Shown in pieces: positions 60,884-64,000 of a DNA stretch of 64,000 nucleotides. The position numbers and the translations under genes were made by a program. The first letter of the stretch is position 1; each line of letters opens with the position of its first letter. The stretch is from sequence record NC_052655.1; one strand, written 5' to 3'. This DNA is from Escherichia phage alia. The notes beneath the pieces were generated by a model. It was not told the DNA's origin. It ran no database searches and was given only the letters and a program-made list of their open reading frames with translations.

Positions 60884-61315
60884 ATGATGATACTGACTAT
60901 GTTAATAAACCTACTGAAGAATAAATGGGTTAGGTATTTTGTTCTTATTATAGCACTGTTTGGTGGTTTGTATGTTGGTTTAAACAAATTACACGATGAC
61001 GTGTATGCACAAGGCTACAACGCAGGTATTGCTAAACAAGAACAAATATTACAACAAAACCAAATTAAAGCAAAACAGCAATTCGATATCTTACAAGCAA
61101 AAGCAGATTCAGAAAGATCTAAATTGAATGAAAAAATTCATTCACTAACGAAAGAAAGAAATGATCTTCTTACACAACTGGATAAGAAGAGTAATAACAT
61201 AACACAAGAGAGAATAGATTATGCGAAAACATCTTCTGGCGCTATGTCTTGTTTTAGCCCTAATGATGACGGGTTGCGCATCATCAACAACAGCTTCCCA
61301 GCCTCTACTGATTGA
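60884..61315 (+). CDS. i-spanin-like (Rz-like) inner-membrane-anchored coiled-coil protein
   Basis: N-terminal TM segment (WVRYFVLIIALFGGLYVGL), then Q/K-rich coiled-coil region; the downstream lipoprotein ORF is embedded in its 3' end in another frame. Confidence 0.55.
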   Translation: MMILTMLINLLKNKWVRYFVLIIALFGGLYVGLNKLHDDVYAQGYNAGIAKQEQILQQNQIKAKQQFDILQAKADSERSKLNEKIHSLTKERNDLLTQLDKKSNNITQERIDYAKTSSGAMSCFSPNDDGLRIINNSFPASTD

Positions 61316-61550
61316 GCAGTGTAAAGCTGTAGCAACACAACAAATAAAAGCCCCTGATTCTGTCAGTATGGAAAAACCATCTACCCCTGTTTTATATACC
61401 CCTAATCAAATAAAGAAAGGAGTTACAAGATCAGAGGTAGTTGATAATCAAACTTTAAACAACGCTTTGTGGGAAAAAGATAGGATAAAACTTATCAGTT
61501 TACAAAACTATATTAAAACATTACAAAGTGAAGGAATAATTTCTAATTAG
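61221..61550 (+). CDS. o-spanin-like (Rz1-like) outer-membrane lipoprotein
   Basis: Lipobox LALMMTGC in MRKHLLALCLVLALMMTGCASS; starts 95 nt inside the i-spanin gene in a different frame. Confidence 0.6.
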   Translation: MRKHLLALCLVLALMMTGCASSTTASQPLLIEQCKAVATQQIKAPDSVSMEKPSTPVLYTPNQIKKGVTRSEVVDNQTLNNALWEKDRIKLISLQNYIKTLQSEGIISN

Positions 61551-61558
61551 GAGGAGAT

Positions 61559-63643
61559 GTGGCAAGGAAACCTGTCAAACAATCTTTTGAAAATGTAGAT
61601 ATTGAAGTTAAAGCCCAACCTGGCAAACAAACACTAGCTATGGATCTTATGCCTGAAGTAATGATTTATGGTGGTGCGGCAGGTTGTGTTTCAGCAGAAA
61701 CAGAATACCTAACAAGAGACGGTTGGAAACAAATAAGTGAATATGATGGTGAGGATATTTATCAATACAATCCAAGAAATAAACGTCTTGAATTAGTTAC
61801 ACCATCTTTTGTAGAATACGATGCTAAAGATAATCTGTATTGTATCACAAACGGAGTAGGTGTCTTCCAAGAATTAAGTATGGAACATCGCTTTGTTTTC
61901 TACAAGAAGAAAAAATCCAAAAAACATTTTGAAATTCTTGTTGGGGATCTTATTGCACTACAGCAAGCAGGACACCCATTACGAGGATATATTGAAAATC
62001 CTTTTGGTAAACGTGTTCCGTTTAACATTCAAGGTAAACCTAACACATACCTAAAAATTCATGAGGTAATGACAAGTGATGATAAGAAATATTGCTTTGA
62101 AACTCCAAGCAGTTATGTCGTGTTTAGACGTGGCGATCACATCTTCGTTACTGGGAATAGCGGCAAAAGCCGTCTGCTACTTCTAAAGGCACTTAAATAC
62201 GCATATAAAGATCCCCTGTTTGGTGGTATTCTTTTCCGTAAAAATACAACAGCTTTGCGTAAATCTGGTGGTTTGTTTACTGAAGCTAAAAAACTTTATC
62301 TACCATTAAAGCCTCACGTAAGAGAACAAGCTATGGAGATGGAGTTCAGAGCCACAAAAGGTGGTACACTTAAATTTGACCATCTTGAAAATGATAACGT
62401 AACTGCTGAAACTAACCATCAAGGTACACAGTATTCGATGGTGGGGTTTGACGAACTTACACATTTTACACAATATGAAATGCTATATCTGTTAGGGCGT
62501 ATGCGTTCCGAATCAGAAACGTCTTTTATGCTGTGTACTTGTAACCCTGATGCGGATAGTTGGGTGTTAAAGTGGGTACTTCCTTATTTGGATGAAGCTG
62601 GTTATCCACGAGAAGATATGTGTGGCAAACAGTTATACTTCCTTATTGTGCAAGATGAACCAGTATTTGCTGAAACAGCAGAAGAGTTGAAAGAAAAGTA
62701 TCCTGAAAACTGTTTTATGCAAAACCCAAACACAGGTGAAACAGTGGTTATTGAACCACAAACATTTGTGTTCATTGGTGGTACTATCTTTGATAACCCT
62801 GAACTAATAAGACTTAACCCTAAATACTTAGCTTCTTTGAAGGCTCAAACCGCCGTTAAGAGAGCACAGCTTTTAGATGGTTGTTGGTTTGCTCGTGCAC
62901 AAGAAGAGAGTTTCTTTAATAGAGAATGGTTACACGTTATCAAGTTTAAAGATTTACCAAACAATCTTAAATATATGCGAGCGTGGGATAAAGCAGTATC
63001 TGTTCCAACAGAATCTTATCGTTATCCTGACTACACAACATCTGTTAAAATGGCTAAAGACTCTGATGGAAATTATTACATTTTTGGTGATTATGATTAT
63101 GATGCTCACGATGAAGGTAGTAAAATTTTTGGTAGATTCAGAAGACTACCAGGTGATCGAGATAATTTAATTCTAAACCAATGTAAGATTGATGGAGATG
63201 AAGTTACAGTTGTATTGCCAAAAGATCCTTCTGGTGCTGGTTTGATTGAATATACAGAATCAGCTAAAAAACTAATTGCTGAAGGGTTTGTTGTTAAACC
63301 AGATGCTATGCCTGGTAACAAGAAAAAATTACAACGCTTTATGCCATTTAGTAGTGCTTGTCAAAATGGTTTTGTTTATATTGTAGAAGAATCTTTCCCT
63401 AACAAAGAAACTCTTGATCATTTCTATAAAGAGATGGAGTCATTTAATGGAGAAAGATCTACGGCAACATTAAAAGATGATATTCCAGATGCTGCTGCAT
63501 CTTGCTTTAATACTTTGTCAAAAGAACAGATGTTTAAAGCAGTAGCAATACCTTCTGCAACAAATGCATTAACAGGGTACGGTAAGATGGGTGGAAGATC
63601 AAGAAACTCTTTATCTTCTCCATATAGTATCAGAGGAAGATAA
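61559..63643 (+). CDS. terL: terminase large subunit (ATPase + nuclease), interrupted by a putative mini-intein
   Basis: Walker A split as YGGAAG | (158-aa insert) | SGKSRLLL; Walker B MVGFDELTHF; C-terminal acidic nuclease-like motifs. GGAGGAG RBS upstream. Confidence 0.75.
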   Translation: MARKPVKQSFENVDIEVKAQPGKQTLAMDLMPEVMIYGGAAGCVSAETEYLTRDGWKQISEYDGEDIYQYNPRNKRLELVTPSFVEYDAKDNLYCITNGVGVFQELSMEHRFVFYKKKKSKKHFEILVGDLIALQQAGHPLRGYIENPFGKRVPFNIQGKPNTYLKIHEVMTSDDKKYCFETPSSYVVFRRGDHIFVTGNSGKSRLLLLKALKYAYKDPLFGGILFRKNTTALRKSGGLFTEAKKLYLPLKPHVREQAMEMEFRATKGGTLKFDHLENDNVTAETNHQGTQYSMVGFDELTHFTQYEMLYLLGRMRSESETSFMLCTCNPDADSWVLKWVLPYLDEAGYPREDMCGKQLYFLIVQDEPVFAETAEELKEKYPENCFMQNPNTGETVVIEPQTFVFIGGTIFDNPELIRLNPKYLASLKAQTAVKRAQLLDGCWFARAQEESFFNREWLHVIKFKDLPNNLKYMRAWDKAVSVPTESYRYPDYTTSVKMAKDSDGNYYIFGDYDYDAHDEGSKIFGRFRRLPGDRDNLILNQCKIDGDEVTVVLPKDPSGAGLIEYTESAKKLIAEGFVVKPDAMPGNKKKLQRFMPFSSACQNGFVYIVEESFPNKETLDHFYKEMESFNGERSTATLKDDIPDAAASCFNTLSKEQMFKAVAIPSATNALTGYGKMGGRSRNSLSSPYSIRGR
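61685..62158 (+). other. putative mini-intein within the terminase P-loop
   Basis: Insert begins with Cys (CVSAETEYLTRDG, block-A-like), contains SMEH (block-B-like T/S-x-x-H), ends ...DHIFVTGN with Ser as the +1 residue; removing it restores GGAAGSGKS. No homing-endonuclease domain (158 aa). Confidence 0.5.
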
Positions 63644-63646
63644 ATC

Positions 63647-63708
63647 TTGACAAAACTATTTAAAATATGTTAAAGTAGCATTATATGTCTACCCCTTCAA
63701 TGGGGTAG
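63647..63708 (+). promoter_or_regulatory. promoter plus 5' stem-loop cassette
   Basis: TTGACA 63647-63652, 17-nt spacer, TTAAAG/TAAAGT; hairpin TCTACCCC-TTCAA-TGGGGTAGA at 63687-63708; then GGAGG RBS. Confidence 0.5.
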
Positions 63709-63740
63709 AGTCATTTGTCCAGCATTAGCGGAGGTTCTGA

Positions 63741-64000
63741 GTGTCTACAGGTAAGCGTAAGTACACTAAAAGATCGGATTACTGGAACAAAGGCTCAACT
63801 GAAAAAGCTGCACTGTCTCCAACACAAAGTGCAACTAAAGAGAAGAACTTGGTACTTTCACCAGAAATAGGTACTATTGGTCTTAATTCGATTAAAGCCT
63901 TTACGAACTTCATGCAACCGTATGAAACTCGCTTCCCAGAAAACATCCGAACATACAAAGAAATGGGTGAAGACCCTGACGTAGCTACTGCTCTTGATGC
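63741..64000 (+). CDS. hypothetical protein, 3'-truncated by window end (position after terminase suggests portal)
   Basis: GTG 63741 seven nt after GGAGG; open to the end of the window (86 codons). Functional guess is positional only. Confidence 0.4.
   Translation, partial: MSTGKRKYTKRSDYWNKGSTEKAALSPTQSATKEKNLVLSPEIGTIGLNSIKAFTNFMQPYETRFPENIRTYKEMGEDPDVATALD

Noticed and set aside
60778-60924. Alternative 48-codon ORF (MITEEQWKEILENAQP...) overlapping 60675..60848 and the spanin start
   Set aside because: SD spacing about 12 nt (too long) and a 70-nt overlap with the better-supported 60675..60848 ORF; kept only as a possibility.
1-64000. CRISPR arrays, rRNA genes, IS elements or integrase/att sites
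   Set aside because: No regularly spaced direct repeats with unique spacers, no rRNA-like sequence, and no transposase or tyrosine-integrase motifs were seen; the only recombinase is the small serine recombinase, with no recognisable flanking inverted repeats.

Overview
The window reads as a contiguous stretch of a large virulent tailed dsDNA phage genome with a Gram-negative host (inferred from Shine-Dalgarno-led genes, TTGACA/TATAAT-type promoters and an overlapping lipoprotein spanin pair). No rRNA, CRISPR array or IS/transposon was seen. All calls rest on reading the sequence and the supplied ORF track by eye; no database search or folding program was run. Layout: (1) 1-5150, plus-strand small ORFs, most preceded by their own promoter and a GC-rich 5' stem-loop, three of them near-identical (GCGGGAAATGGTTTCCCGC). 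(2) 5150-6930, about 1.8 kb of AT-rich non-coding DNA with iteron-like repeats and palindromes. (3) 6930-17830, one tightly packed plus-strand array of about 37 small ORFs, including three pairs of paralogues, ending at a bidirectional terminator. (4) 18000-53400, minus-strand block: Sir2-like protein, C5 and N6 DNA methyltransferases, SLOG/DprA-like protein, Ser/Thr phosphatase, serine recombinase, HslV-like peptidase, PhoH, T4-type lysozyme, glutaredoxin, a complete rmlBACD dTDP-rhamnose operon, NrdA/NrdB, ThyX-like protein, thymidine kinase, HNH endonuclease, DnaQ-like and FEN-like nucleases, RdgC, MazG-like protein, a DNA ligase, and a split kinase / RNA ligase / phosphoesterase RNA-repair triad. 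(5) 53500-57300, plus strand: a possible ORF-less promoter unit, then a PRPP-synthetase-like gene and a NAMPT-like gene (a two-gene NAD-reconstitution pair). (6) 57270-59760, cluster of about 17 tRNA genes, several atypical. (7) 60200-64000: small genes, i-/o-spanin pair, terminase large subunit with a probable mini-intein in its P-loop, and the start of a further gene. Most interesting candidates: the rml operon inside the nucleotide-metabolism block, the split RNA-repair cassette, the NAD-reconstitution pair, the promoter/stem-loop cassettes, the iteron region, and the terminase intein.
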